64,000 nt of DNA from Myxococcota bacterium (GCA_965140415.1 OZ223209.1:4800001-4864000); one strand, 5' to 3'; numbered from the stretch's first letter, positions 22,194 to 31,768 are shown. The notes: a model not told the origin generated them from the sequence alone. A program made the numbers and translations.

Positions 22194-22748
22194 ATGAGAT
22201 GCAATAGCTGGCGCAGCGTGTGCGGCTGGGGGACGATTTATCTGTTTACGCTGTCTCTTATCTGGTTGGCACCCGCCCGGCTTCTAGCCCAGCAAGCCAC
22301 AAGCGAGGCGGTAGAAAAGCCAACCCAAGCCGTCGAGCAGACATCGCCTGAGACTCCCGCCGCAGCGGAACAACCGGCTGCGACCCCGGCAGATTCCCAA
22401 GCAGTCCCTGCCGAAAAGAAAGAAACACGCGGAGTGGGAGAGGCGCGCAAACCAATCGATACCAAAGCTACCCCGGCTACTACTAATGCGAAAACCAAGA
22501 AAAAGACTAAAGAATCCGCTTCCGAACCACTCTACGAAAAGGAAGCCGGGCGCGACAAGGATCGTTTCGATCTGGATTACGCCCCCAGCGATGCGCCCCT
22601 GGTCAACGACGAGGAAAAGAGCGTCCCCTTTTACAAGCACTGGATTTTCTGGACGGTCATCGGTGCGGTGGCGGTAGCGGGCATCGTAGTAGGCGTTAAA
22701 TACGGCGTAGATACAAGCGACAGCATGACGATTGAAGTCACGCGTTAA
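22194..22748 (+). CDS. Exported low-complexity protein with C-terminal PFYKHWIFW membrane segment
   Basis: AGGAGG RBS, signal peptide, Ala/Pro/Glu/Lys-rich linker, PFYKHWIFWTVIGAVAVAG. Confidence 0.65.
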   Translation: MRCNSWRSVCGWGTIYLFTLSLIWLAPARLLAQQATSEAVEKPTQAVEQTSPETPAAAEQPAATPADSQAVPAEKKETRGVGEARKPIDTKATPATTNAKTKKKTKESASEPLYEKEAGRDKDRFDLDYAPSDAPLVNDEEKSVPFYKHWIFWTVIGAVAVAGIVVGVKYGVDTSDSMTIEVTR

Positions 22749-22761
22749 AGGAAACGAAAAC

Positions 22762-24276
22762 ATGAAGAATCTATCGATCCAACGATTTCTAATCGTCCTG
22801 ATAACCGGCTTGTTGCTGGTAGCCTGTAACGGCGGACAACATTACGATCTGAGCCTGGCGATTGTCGAGCCCACCGACCACGATCCGTTTCAATCGCTGG
22901 AAAAGATCGTCTTCACCGTCACCAATCGCCTGGATGAAGAAGACGTCGAGGAATTCACCTACGAACCGCGCACCGGCTTCAACAATATGGAAGTCGCCCT
23001 GGCGGATCTGAATTATTACCCGGAATTCATATTGACGATGGAAGGCTACGACGCCGAAAACGAGCGCGTCAGCTTCGGACGCACGGCAGACATCACCACC
23101 CAGACCTTCAGCACCGAAGGCGACAGCTTCGCGGTGTATTTTTCCAATGTAGACGCATTGAGTTCGCCACCACTGGAATTATTGTATGCACGCGCCGGAG
23201 TGAAAATGGTCAGTCCCAATAATTACGATGTCCTGATCATAGGCGGGGCGGATATCGATGAAGACGGCAACGAAAAAGATACCGTTCCGCAAGTGGAAAC
23301 CTTTACTCCGCCCACCTATGACATGGGCCTGCTCAAAGAAGGCGAGAGCAGCTATTTTCTGGGACAGGGTCTGATCGGACACGAGGTGATCGTTGTCGAT
23401 GTCGATTCGGTGCTGGTGCTGGGCGGCTACGAAATCGAAGCGGGAGAACAGAGTTGGCAAACAAAACCCGTCGTGATTTCCTCGGAAGAAAGCAGTTTGG
23501 AACGGAGCATTACAGTAAGTGGCACCTTTACACCTCGCATCGCACATCGCATGGCGGGCATATACGATCAGGAAAAAATCCTGATCTGCGGCGGTGAAGA
23601 CAACGAGGGCAATACACTCGATAGCTGCGACTGGTTCCGCATCGATACCGACACCTACGCAAACGGCTTTTCGATGCAAACCGCGCGCAGCGGTCATAGT
23701 ATGACCGCCACCTACGCCGACCTGTTTACGTCTATCGGAATCCTGATTTACGGTGGAAACGCCCAGGGAGAAGCCAGCGCGGAATGGATCGGCACGACCG
23801 ATTCAAAAACATCCCTGATCGAAGGCGCTCCGGAAGAAACGCGCACAAACCACGCCGCCGCATTTTTGTCGGATCGTCGCGTGTTATTAGCCGGTGGATT
23901 GGTTAACGGCACCGCCTCGGCTTCAGGAGTCGTGTTTTATACCGACTGTGCCACTTCCGGCGACTGCGCAGCTTTCGCCGAAATCAAGGATGTATTCACC
24001 ACACCGCGCTACGGACACACATTGACCCCACTATCCGCCACCGAATTATTAGCCTGCGGCGGGCGCGGAACGGATGATCTGGCGCTGGACAGCTGCGAAA
24101 TCATCACAGTCGGCTCGAAAGCGGATATCCACTCTACCCGCAGCCTGACGATGTCGCGCGCACGGGCGGAACACGACGCCCTCCGGCTTCCAGACGGTGC
24201 AGTGCTGCTGACCGGCGGCGTCAACGAAACGGAAGGCGCGCTCAAGTCCATCGAAATCTATCGACCGGGATATTGA
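22762..24276 (+). CDS. Kelch-repeat (beta-propeller) lipoprotein
   Basis: Lipobox LVAC; repeated R..H...L.DG.VLL.GG kelch units. Confidence 0.8.
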   Translation: MKNLSIQRFLIVLITGLLLVACNGGQHYDLSLAIVEPTDHDPFQSLEKIVFTVTNRLDEEDVEEFTYEPRTGFNNMEVALADLNYYPEFILTMEGYDAENERVSFGRTADITTQTFSTEGDSFAVYFSNVDALSSPPLELLYARAGVKMVSPNNYDVLIIGGADIDEDGNEKDTVPQVETFTPPTYDMGLLKEGESSYFLGQGLIGHEVIVVDVDSVLVLGGYEIEAGEQSWQTKPVVISSEESSLERSITVSGTFTPRIAHRMAGIYDQEKILICGGEDNEGNTLDSCDWFRIDTDTYANGFSMQTARSGHSMTATYADLFTSIGILIYGGNAQGEASAEWIGTTDSKTSLIEGAPEETRTNHAAAFLSDRRVLLAGGLVNGTASASGVVFYTDCATSGDCAAFAEIKDVFTTPRYGHTLTPLSATELLACGGRGTDDLALDSCEIITVGSKADIHSTRSLTMSRARAEHDALRLPDGAVLLTGGVNETEGALKSIEIYRPGY

Positions 24277-24561
24277 AACCGAACTAACAGACCACGTTAC
24301 TCCTACCAACATAACGAACTGATATCATTAAGTAATAGCAAACCTGTACCCAACTCTGTCTTAATGGATTGAGAATGGTTACATTTTTTGATGTTTTTGC
24401 GTTTTGTTCAGGAATAAATCCTATCGAAATCCTATCTATCCTATATCCAATCGCTTCTGTGACACCCGGGACGATTGGACGGTTTTTCCCCCAACCCTGC
24501 ATCGGGGTGAAAAACACACTGGCACCTAACGTGGCATAATAATTAGTATCCTACCCAGCTT

Positions 24562-24585
24562 GGAGGGGAGTTTTTACTCCCCTCC
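24562..24585. terminator. Perfect 10-bp hairpin in the long intergenic region between convergent genes
   Basis: ggaggggagt-tttt-actcccctcc. Confidence 0.55.
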
Positions 24586-24752
24586 CCTTCCTTTATGCGC
24601 AAAGACTCGATGTTACAAGACTGTAATTTTTAAAGAAAAGAGTATTGATCCAGAGATTTCCAGCCGTGTTCCTACGATGGATCAGGATTGTTTCCCGGTC
24701 CGAAACGTTTCAAGCGGGAGGCAATCCCGCTCGATCCAGGGCGCACTCGGAA

Positions 24753-25427
24753 TTACTCCACCGTAAAGGGGATCTTGGTTCTCAGTTGATTCAGAAAACC
24801 TTTGTAGATACTCTCTCCATCCTCATGGAATGAAAGGAAATGGATGCCGAATCCCGGTAAATCACCGGGTTTTAGCGTATCGGGATGATTGACATGTACG
24901 ACCTGCGCGTCAACGATTACCGCTTCGGCTTGGGGAAGATTCAACTTTATGGAAATCTGCTCGTCATTGCTGGGGGGATGATTCGAACTGATGAACATAC
25001 CGGATTGACTGATATTGAAGGTTTTATCGCGCACCAGTTCCTGGCTCGAACGAAACGCGACCTGGATTGTAGACTTGAATCGCTCGCTTTTGCGGCGATC
25101 ACTGAAAGTCCGCATAATTTTTTGAACGAACGTTTCAAATTTCGGACTGCCGTTGACAATGCGGGTACCAAATTCCACCCAACTGTTTTCGCGATCCAAT
25201 AGATCCATGGTCTTGATCCATTGCACGGTCACTTCCAGATCGATGGTTTGCCCTTCCACCTCGACTTGAATGATCAATCGTTGGTTGATACTCGGACCTT
25301 TGGAACAAACAACCGCCATACCACCCAACGATACATCCGAAATAAACCCCTCCCACTCTTCGGGAGGATCGTTAACCAAGGCTGAAATGTGTACGGGGAT
25401 ACGAGGATCTCTACGGCGTTCGTCCAT
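24753..25427 (-). CDS. Tandem PilZ-domain protein
   Basis: ERRRDPR...DVSLGG and DRRKSER...NISQSG (RxxxR + D/NxSxxG twice). Confidence 0.85.
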   Translation of the reverse strand: MDERRRDPRIPVHISALVNDPPEEWEGFISDVSLGGMAVVCSKGPSINQRLIIQVEVEGQTIDLEVTVQWIKTMDLLDRENSWVEFGTRIVNGSPKFETFVQKIMRTFSDRRKSERFKSTIQVAFRSSQELVRDKTFNISQSGMFISSNHPPSNDEQISIKLNLPQAEAVIVDAQVVHVNHPDTLKPGDLPGFGIHFLSFHEDGESIYKGFLNQLRTKIPFTVE

Positions 25428-25472
25428 TCTAACCTCCACTCGTCCTCTGTTCGCTGATGACCTAATTATGCG

Positions 25473-25501
25473 ATTATACCACCGAATTCAACGAGAATCA
25501 A
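25473..25501 (-). promoter_or_regulatory. Sigma70-type promoter for the tandem PilZ gene
   Basis: Minus strand TTGATT-17 nt-TATAAT with an extended TG. Confidence 0.65.
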
Positions 25502-25505
25502 TAAT

Positions 25506-25519
25506 CCGAACGCCCGAAA
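25506..25519 (+). repeat. 14-bp direct repeat, left copy (CCGAACGCCCGAAA)
   Basis: Identical copy at 30521-30534. Confidence 0.7.
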
Positions 25520-25600
25520 AATAGTGGGGATTTTCAAATATCTAAATGGTCCTTTTATTGTTTGACATGGACATATAGTCGCCTGACAAAAAAAAGAGGT

Positions 25601-27487
25601 CTAATTTCTGATTTTGAATACGATTACGCTACCCATGTGATCGTCGCAGGGAAATTCTATGACTTTCTCCAGGTTTTGCTTCCACCAGTTAGGAGAGTAG
25701 GCATCCAAATACGAAAGCGTGTACGTCTTATCGACAATATAGTCGATTCGGCGTTCTTTTATGTAGTCTATCAAGGTTCGGTTTCGGTAGTGTCTTTGGA
25801 TATCCGCATTGACCAACCCGTCGAGGTTTACTGTCTTTCGTTCGGAAAATGCGGCCAGAATTCCCGAACTAAACGCCGCAAGTCTTGCATCCTGCGGAAG
25901 ATTGTCCCGACACCACAAGGCTGCATCGTAGTAGCGTTCGTCTTGATTTCGGCCATTCCCTAATTCGCTGATTTTTAAGGTGCGTGCAACGCTGCCCCAA
26001 GCCGACAAAGCGATCAATAAGACGCAAACGGAAGGGAACAGGGCTTTCAAGATGGCAAAGCCGCGTTGGCGCTTTGCACACCACCGAGTTTGAATCGAAG
26101 CTACCGCAACGGCAAACAGCCACAAAAGCACAATGTAACCTACGGAATAATACCAATGCCGCAAATGAGGAAACCTGGCAGCATAATACATCCCCGCCAC
26201 TAGGACCGCAGTTAGACCGGCTAGTCCAGCGAGCAAGGCAGGCCGGACGAAACGGTCGCGTTTGTCTATTGAACCGGAAGTTGTTGCCGTTGCGGGAGTA
26301 TCTTGTTCGGTGTTGCCAGATAAGAGCAGGGAGCTTACATACTTATGTGTCCACGTTTTGCTTCTCAGTCTCTTAGAAACAGTAGTGATGAGCGGAATCA
26401 GAAGGACAATAGGAAACAGCAATTGTCCGAAGGGAATGATAGCGGCGATATTGAATATATATCGGCCGAACAGGCTGGTACCAAAGGCAAGGCATTCACT
26501 TGCGGGTTTGCCGACTAGCATTGATTCCCGCCACAATTGCTTCATTAACGCGCTGTTCTGAACAATCGATCCTGTTTTGAGAAGGCAAAACAGCAACCAG
26601 GGAGTCGTCACAAGGAGGATCATGATGATGACCAAGTGAATTCTAGTTGCGAATAACCATGCCGAAATACTTTTAGGTTCACCTTCTTTCCTTTTGCCAA
26701 GCAGAAAAAATATGATAACGATGAGGGAAGATAGAATCAGGAAAATACCATCGGTTCTGGCCAGAAAGTGAAAACCTAAAAGAAAACCAAGCAACAGAGC
26801 AAGACGATTCGATTTTCGTTTGGAAAGTTTGTCAACTTCGTTTCCGGTCGTCACCTGCCATTCTGCAAGAAACAGCATCAAGACCCATAGGCATAAAACC
26901 GTGCTGAGTCCCGACAGCGGCGCTTCTGTACCGCTGGCCACGTTTTGCAGGGCAGGAAAGCCCACAAGATGAAGCACCGCTAAAGCAACGGCGAAAAAGT
27001 GCGAACAAAAGAGGGAGAGGGCCATTGCCAGCGAAATGGACGCGAACACATGCATGGCGAAGGATAGTTGCAGGCTTAGCCGAAAATGCTGCTCCGGATT
27101 GCCTCTCGTCAAGGTCACCAGCGGCAAATTGAGCAGCATCCAGGCCGGATGATACCCATTGGTAAAGGCTTCACCATCGAAAGTAGATGTTTTGTTGTTC
27201 ACAATATTCTTGGCTATCACGGTGTAAAAGAGCGCATCGTCGGAGAAGATGCTGTGCGAACCGTCCGGATACTCGCCCAACAGGGCGCGCGTAGGCAGGG
27301 AATTCAAATGGGTGTAGAACATGGAGGCGACCAACAAACCGACAATCATGATCAGCATGGCAGTTGTTCTTACAAATCTATCTTTTTGCTCCACTTTTTT
27401 TGTAGCGTGTTCCGTCCGGTTGGGAGACGGTTCGTTATTTCTGTTCGTTGACTTTGCTGACTCCAATAACATGAAAACTCCATTCAT
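25601..27487 (-). CDS. Polytopic membrane protein, probable GT-C (ArnT/PMT-like) glycosyltransferase
   Basis: More than 10 TM segments; DDALFY..IAKNI, TFDG..TNGYHP, SGTEAPL, LARTDG, NLDGLVN in loops. Confidence 0.6.
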   Translation of the reverse strand: MNGVFMLLESAKSTNRNNEPSPNRTEHATKKVEQKDRFVRTTAMLIMIVGLLVASMFYTHLNSLPTRALLGEYPDGSHSIFSDDALFYTVIAKNIVNNKTSTFDGEAFTNGYHPAWMLLNLPLVTLTRGNPEQHFRLSLQLSFAMHVFASISLAMALSLFCSHFFAVALAVLHLVGFPALQNVASGTEAPLSGLSTVLCLWVLMLFLAEWQVTTGNEVDKLSKRKSNRLALLLGFLLGFHFLARTDGIFLILSSLIVIIFFLLGKRKEGEPKSISAWLFATRIHLVIIMILLVTTPWLLFCLLKTGSIVQNSALMKQLWRESMLVGKPASECLAFGTSLFGRYIFNIAAIIPFGQLLFPIVLLIPLITTVSKRLRSKTWTHKYVSSLLLSGNTEQDTPATATTSGSIDKRDRFVRPALLAGLAGLTAVLVAGMYYAARFPHLRHWYYSVGYIVLLWLFAVAVASIQTRWCAKRQRGFAILKALFPSVCVLLIALSAWGSVARTLKISELGNGRNQDERYYDAALWCRDNLPQDARLAAFSSGILAAFSERKTVNLDGLVNADIQRHYRNRTLIDYIKERRIDYIVDKTYTLSYLDAYSPNWWKQNLEKVIEFPCDDHMGSVIVFKIRN

Positions 27488-27628
27488 GTTGTATCAAGCC
27501 GATCAACTTGATCTTTCCGTTCTCTTTTCGGATCTGAACACATGAAAACACCCGGGATAAGTCAGAAGACCTATCTCAACAATTCATACCTGCTTTTTCA
27601 CCGTGGTAGGAGCATTCGGTTCAACCCT

Positions 27629-29365
27629 TTACTTGGAAACCAGAAAATCCCCAATCGCCAGGTAATCCAGGCCGGTGTTCAAAAAACAGTTAATTGCTTC
27701 CTCCGGTCTTAATACGATGGGGGCTCCTCTTACGTTGAACGAGGTGTTCAACACCACCTCATAGCCGCTGAGCTTGCCGAACTCTTCGATGAGCGCATGG
27801 TATTTCGGGTTGCATTTTGCTTCCACGGTTTGCACACGCACGGTGTTGTCTACATGCACGACCGACGGCAGTTTTTCCTTGATTCCGGTTCGGGCTTTAC
27901 AGGCTACGATCATGTAAGGTAGCGGGCCGAAAAAGTCGAAATATTCCGCTCCGTTTTCGATTGTTGTTGAAGGACAGAAAGGGCGCCAAGGTTCCCGGAA
28001 CTTTACCTTGCAGTTTATGATGTTACTCATGTCCGGGTTGAGCGGATTGGCCAGAATACTGCGGTTGCCCAATGCGCGAGCGCCCATTTCCATTCTCCCC
28101 TGGAACCAACCTACGATTTTTGAGCGGGAAAGCAGTTGCGCCACTTCTTTAGCAATGTTTTCTTTCTTTTCATATGCAAGACCCGCTTCGATCAGGGCTG
28201 TTTCAATGGTAGCGTTGTCATATTCCGGTCCCAAGTATGGATGGGAAAAACTTGCCTTGCGGATACGATCTTCATAACGGCAGGCGGCCAGCGCAGCTCC
28301 CAGCGAGATGCCGTTGTCTCCCGCAGCCGGTTGCACGAAGAAGTTTTCGTAACCAATCCATTTCGCCAACACACCGTTCATTTTACAGTTCATAAACGAC
28401 CCACCGGCGACACACAGCTTGGTCTTTCCTGTAAGATCAATCAGTGTCTTTGCCAGTTTCAGGCAAACTTCCTCAAACACGGATTGCACCGCAAAGGCAA
28501 GATCTTTTTCATATTGGCTGAAAGGGTCGTTGGATTCAAAGAAACGTGGTTTTCCGAAAAGGCGTAGCCATTCTTCGCTGTAGGGGCCGTCCTCGCTTCG
28601 TTTGCCGTAAAAAAAGTCAGAGCAGACTTCATAACAGGAATCGCTGTCTACAAGATGCAGCACTTTCCGTACATTGGTTAACAACTCATCTTTTTTTTGG
28701 CCGTAGGCGGCCAGCCCCATCAGTTTGCCTTCTCCGTCATGTGGTCGGAAGCCGAACCACTGTGTAAACATGGTATAAAACCAGCCCAGCGAATGCGGCA
28801 ATTCCCAGCGTTTCAGGTGCTTAACATAACCCTGTTCGGCCACCCAGAAGTTGGTGCAGTCGTGCTCGCCGTGCCCGTCCATTGTTAGAATCGCGGCATC
28901 CTGAAAACCAGACAGAACGTGACAGGAATGGGCATGGGACAAATGGTGGTTTACGAAGCGCAATTCAGGTTGCCTATTTTTCGGCAGGTTCTGAAAAAGG
29001 TTTTTGCGAATGATGTCTTCCATACGTTCCCGGCTATAGCGGCCAAGGTTCTTTAGCTGCCAATCCAGCACATGCTTTCCAGTCGGACGATATCGATACC
29101 AAGAGGAAAGGTAGAAACGTGCCATTTCATCCGGAAATTTGTCCACATCCCAGCCAGTTGCAATGATGTCAAGATCCGCTATATCCAGTTTCGCTACCGA
29201 CAAACAATAGGCGATGGCGTTTGATGGAAATTGGTTCGGGGCGTGTTTCTGCCTGTTGAAACGCTCTTCTTCCGCAAAGGCAACGATTTCTCCGTTGACA
29301 AGCAGGGCGGCGGAAGGATCGGAACCTTCGAACAAAAGCCCCAAAACATTGTTTGCTTTAGTCAT
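27629..29365 (-). CDS. O-carbamoyltransferase (NodU/CmcH/TobZ family)
   Basis: EEERFNRQKH, HHLSHA, DGHGE, EGKLMGLAAYG, GARALGNRSIL, KFREPWRPF, HVDNTVRVQTV, NTSFN. Confidence 0.93.
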   Translation of the reverse strand: MTKANNVLGLLFEGSDPSAALLVNGEIVAFAEEERFNRQKHAPNQFPSNAIAYCLSVAKLDIADLDIIATGWDVDKFPDEMARFYLSSWYRYRPTGKHVLDWQLKNLGRYSRERMEDIIRKNLFQNLPKNRQPELRFVNHHLSHAHSCHVLSGFQDAAILTMDGHGEHDCTNFWVAEQGYVKHLKRWELPHSLGWFYTMFTQWFGFRPHDGEGKLMGLAAYGQKKDELLTNVRKVLHLVDSDSCYEVCSDFFYGKRSEDGPYSEEWLRLFGKPRFFESNDPFSQYEKDLAFAVQSVFEEVCLKLAKTLIDLTGKTKLCVAGGSFMNCKMNGVLAKWIGYENFFVQPAAGDNGISLGAALAACRYEDRIRKASFSHPYLGPEYDNATIETALIEAGLAYEKKENIAKEVAQLLSRSKIVGWFQGRMEMGARALGNRSILANPLNPDMSNIINCKVKFREPWRPFCPSTTIENGAEYFDFFGPLPYMIVACKARTGIKEKLPSVVHVDNTVRVQTVEAKCNPKYHALIEEFGKLSGYEVVLNTSFNVRGAPIVLRPEEAINCFLNTGLDYLAIGDFLVSK

Positions 29366-30134
29366 AGTTTTCTCGACTCCACTTCAAATATAGATCGTTC
29401 AAGGTCAAGACATCGTATTCTTCCCGGTGAATGAATGCGAGCAGATCCACCACGAAATCCCGGATTCCGCGACCCTTATATTGCAGTTCAAGCAAATCTC
29501 GTTCGCTTAATTGAATCCATTGCGCTCGGCTCAGGTTGTCCTTGACGCGCCTCGAGTAGTTGATATCCGGTGAGTTCATTACCATATGCATTGGATGAAC
29601 GGAAATGATTTTCAGGCCGGGCTTGGAAAAGAGTTCCCTTTCGCTTTGTCCAAAATCCAATCCCCGGTTCTGCCACAAATAGGTTCCGTCCTCGAAAAAG
29701 GTAGGAAAGCGCAGCAAGCCAGATTCGTGCAGGAAGGGCAGAATTCCCTGTTGCAGCAGAGTACAGGTATTGCTGTCGTAGCGGAGCCCTTTTGCGTAGA
29801 ATTCATGTGTAATATCAGTAACATCATAATAGCGATGTGAGCGAAAACAGCGTACGTCGGGGAGTAGGTTGAGGCAGTATTCTGTAACTTCCTCGTATGA
29901 GCTACCCTGGCTACTGTCGCTCAAGAAGTTGGGATGGATTCCAGCGTCGATTTTGCCTTCTTCGATCATACTATACAAGAATGGGCTTGAATGCGTCATG
30001 AAATAGGTTGCTTTTGCCTTGGCGTTGACAAAAACTTCATGCCCGATACGTAGCGCCTCTTCCGAGGCCCAGTCCACATCGGCCGTCAAACAGAATATAG
30101 GGGCCTCGTGTAGTTTTTCTCTAAGTGATTTCAT
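29358..30134 (-). CDS. WbmS-like polysaccharide deacetylase family protein
   Basis: LTADVDWA, ATYFMTH, GIHPNF, FRSH, YDSN, HPMH; overlaps the start of the carbamoyltransferase gene. Confidence 0.7.
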   Translation of the reverse strand: MKSLREKLHEAPIFCLTADVDWASEEALRIGHEVFVNAKAKATYFMTHSSPFLYSMIEEGKIDAGIHPNFLSDSSQGSSYEEVTEYCLNLLPDVRCFRSHRYYDVTDITHEFYAKGLRYDSNTCTLLQQGILPFLHESGLLRFPTFFEDGTYLWQNRGLDFGQSERELFSKPGLKIISVHPMHMVMNSPDINYSRRVKDNLSRAQWIQLSERDLLELQYKGRGIRDFVVDLLAFIHREEYDVLTLNDLYLKWSRENYD

Positions 30135-30360
30135 AATGATTCCATTTTTTATTATGGTGATGGTTATATTCTATTCAGGAAAGGTTTCGAATTCCTTTAC
30201 CCAGCCAAAGCGAAGATTGACGTAATTGAAAAACTACTAGGGTATCTCAGGCATACAATCTTCCCCAAGGTGTTGAATCTCGACAAAATAAATCTGGTTA
30301 GCATTAATATTATCACTAGTCCACTCTTTATTGTCACATGGGGAACGTCCGAAACGCCCG

Positions 30361-30522
30361 GAGTGTATCACAAGATAGTGCGGAAAAGGTCATCACAGTG
30401 TCATCCTCCGTGAAAGCGGATGATCCAGGAGACAAGATACAGACTGGATTGTTAGCCTGCACGAACAATGACAATAATAACTATCTCAATTGATAGATAT
30501 TGCAATTTTCTGTGATGCACCC
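30361..30522. mobile_element. Non-autonomous REP/MITE-like element
   Basis: Imperfect terminal inverted repeats GAGTGTATCACA / TGTGATGCACCC (10/12). Internal inverted pair TGTCATCCTCCGTGAAAGCGGATGATCCAG (30399-30428) and CTGGATT...AATGACA (30444-30473). Confidence 0.5.
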
Positions 30523-30534
30523 GAACGCCCGAAA
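30521..30534 (+). repeat. 14-bp direct repeat, right copy (CCGAACGCCCGAAA)
   Basis: Identical to 25506-25519; partial variant GAACGTCCGAAA at 30343-30354. Confidence 0.7.
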
Positions 30535-30666
30535 GTAACGATAGCATCCCGGATAGCTGTCAATTCTTACGTCTCTTTGATTCGGCAAATAAACAAGAAA
30601 AATTATCGGTTTTGACTTTATGATTGATTATTCATCATTTTCACGCAATTCCTGCATCGATAAATC

Positions 30667-30695
30667 TTGACAAGGTTTGCGAGGCTGCCTACCAT
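30667..30695 (+). promoter_or_regulatory. Sigma70-type promoter for the SIS-domain gene
   Basis: TTGACA-17 nt-TACCAT. Confidence 0.65.
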
Positions 30696-30730
30696 TCCAT
30701 CGTCCGCTTGATTACAAAGGAGACTCACAT

Positions 30731-31768
30731 ATGCTTCGTATGCTCAAGGAAATCAAAGAAAGCCCGGAGGTCCTGGCGCGCCTGTACCAGCGTGAGAATA
30801 GCCGGATCGAACGATTGGCACGCTATTTAGGCGGGCAGGATTATACGCACGTCACTTTTGTGGCGCGTGGTACCAGCGACAACGCCTGCCTGTACGGCAA
30901 GTACCTGATCGAATCACTATTGGGACTGCCCTGCCATCTGGCCGCGCCGTCGGTCGTCACCGTCTACAAATCCGATATTCGCGGCTCCCGTTCGCTGGTA
31001 ATCGGCGTGTCCCAGTCGGGAGAAGGCACCGATGTCAATCGCTACCTGGAACACTCCAGAGAAACCGGCTCGATGACCTTGGCCATCACCAATACGCGCG
31101 GCTCCGGTATTACCAAAGTTGCCGATGAAGTGATTTACTTGAACGCCGGGCGCGAAGAATCGGTGGCCGCCACCAAAACCTACATCGCAGAATGCATGGC
31201 GCTTCTGATGCTCGCCGCTCACTGGGCGCATCATCGCACCACCATCGGATTGCTGCCGAAAATTTCAGAAGCCGCCGAGCAGGTGCTGCAATGCGAAGAA
31301 GACATCAAAGGCAAGGTGGAACGTTATCGCTTTGCTAACAATTCCGTGGTGTTGGGACGTGGGTATCACTATGCCACCGCCAAAGAAATGGCACTGAAAC
31401 TGATGGAAACCTGCTATCTGCCCTGCCAGCCCTTTTCCATCGCCGACTTCATGCACGGTCCCATCGCCATGATTCACGAAGGTTTCCCGACACTGATGTT
31501 CATCACGCGCGGAAAAATGAGCGCTCCGATGATGCAGTTGGCCAAGGATCTGCACGAAAAAGGCACGGAGAGCATCATCTTCTCCAATACGACCGAAACG
31601 CGCAAATACGCGTCGATGCACTTCATGATGCCGCGTGCGCTAAACGAAGTGGCTACGCCCATCACCTACATTATTCCCGGCCAGCTCTTCGCCTATTACC
31701 TGTCGCTGGTCAAGGGCCTGGACCCGGATCATCCCAAGTTCCTGAACAAAATCACCAAAACGGTGTAA
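30731..31768 (+). CDS. Double-SIS-domain sugar-phosphate isomerase/deaminase (GlmS C-terminal-like, no glutaminase domain)
   Basis: ARGTSDNA, SQSGE, ESVAATKTY, E.ALKLME, HGP, DPD.P..L.KITKT. Confidence 0.85.
   Translation: MLRMLKEIKESPEVLARLYQRENSRIERLARYLGGQDYTHVTFVARGTSDNACLYGKYLIESLLGLPCHLAAPSVVTVYKSDIRGSRSLVIGVSQSGEGTDVNRYLEHSRETGSMTLAITNTRGSGITKVADEVIYLNAGREESVAATKTYIAECMALLMLAAHWAHHRTTIGLLPKISEAAEQVLQCEEDIKGKVERYRFANNSVVLGRGYHYATAKEMALKLMETCYLPCQPFSIADFMHGPIAMIHEGFPTLMFITRGKMSAPMMQLAKDLHEKGTESIIFSNTTETRKYASMHFMMPRALNEVATPITYIIPGQLFAYYLSLVKGLDPDHPKFLNKITKTV

Noticed and set aside
24520-24537. TGGCAC...TGGCA as a sigma54 promoter
   Set aside because: GG-to-GC spacing is 11 rather than 10 and TTGC is absent.
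24284-24833. Short ORFs (77, 68 and 62 aa) in the kelch/PilZ gap
   Set aside because: Non-ATG starts, no convincing RBS, no protein-like features; they overlap hairpins or the PilZ gene end.
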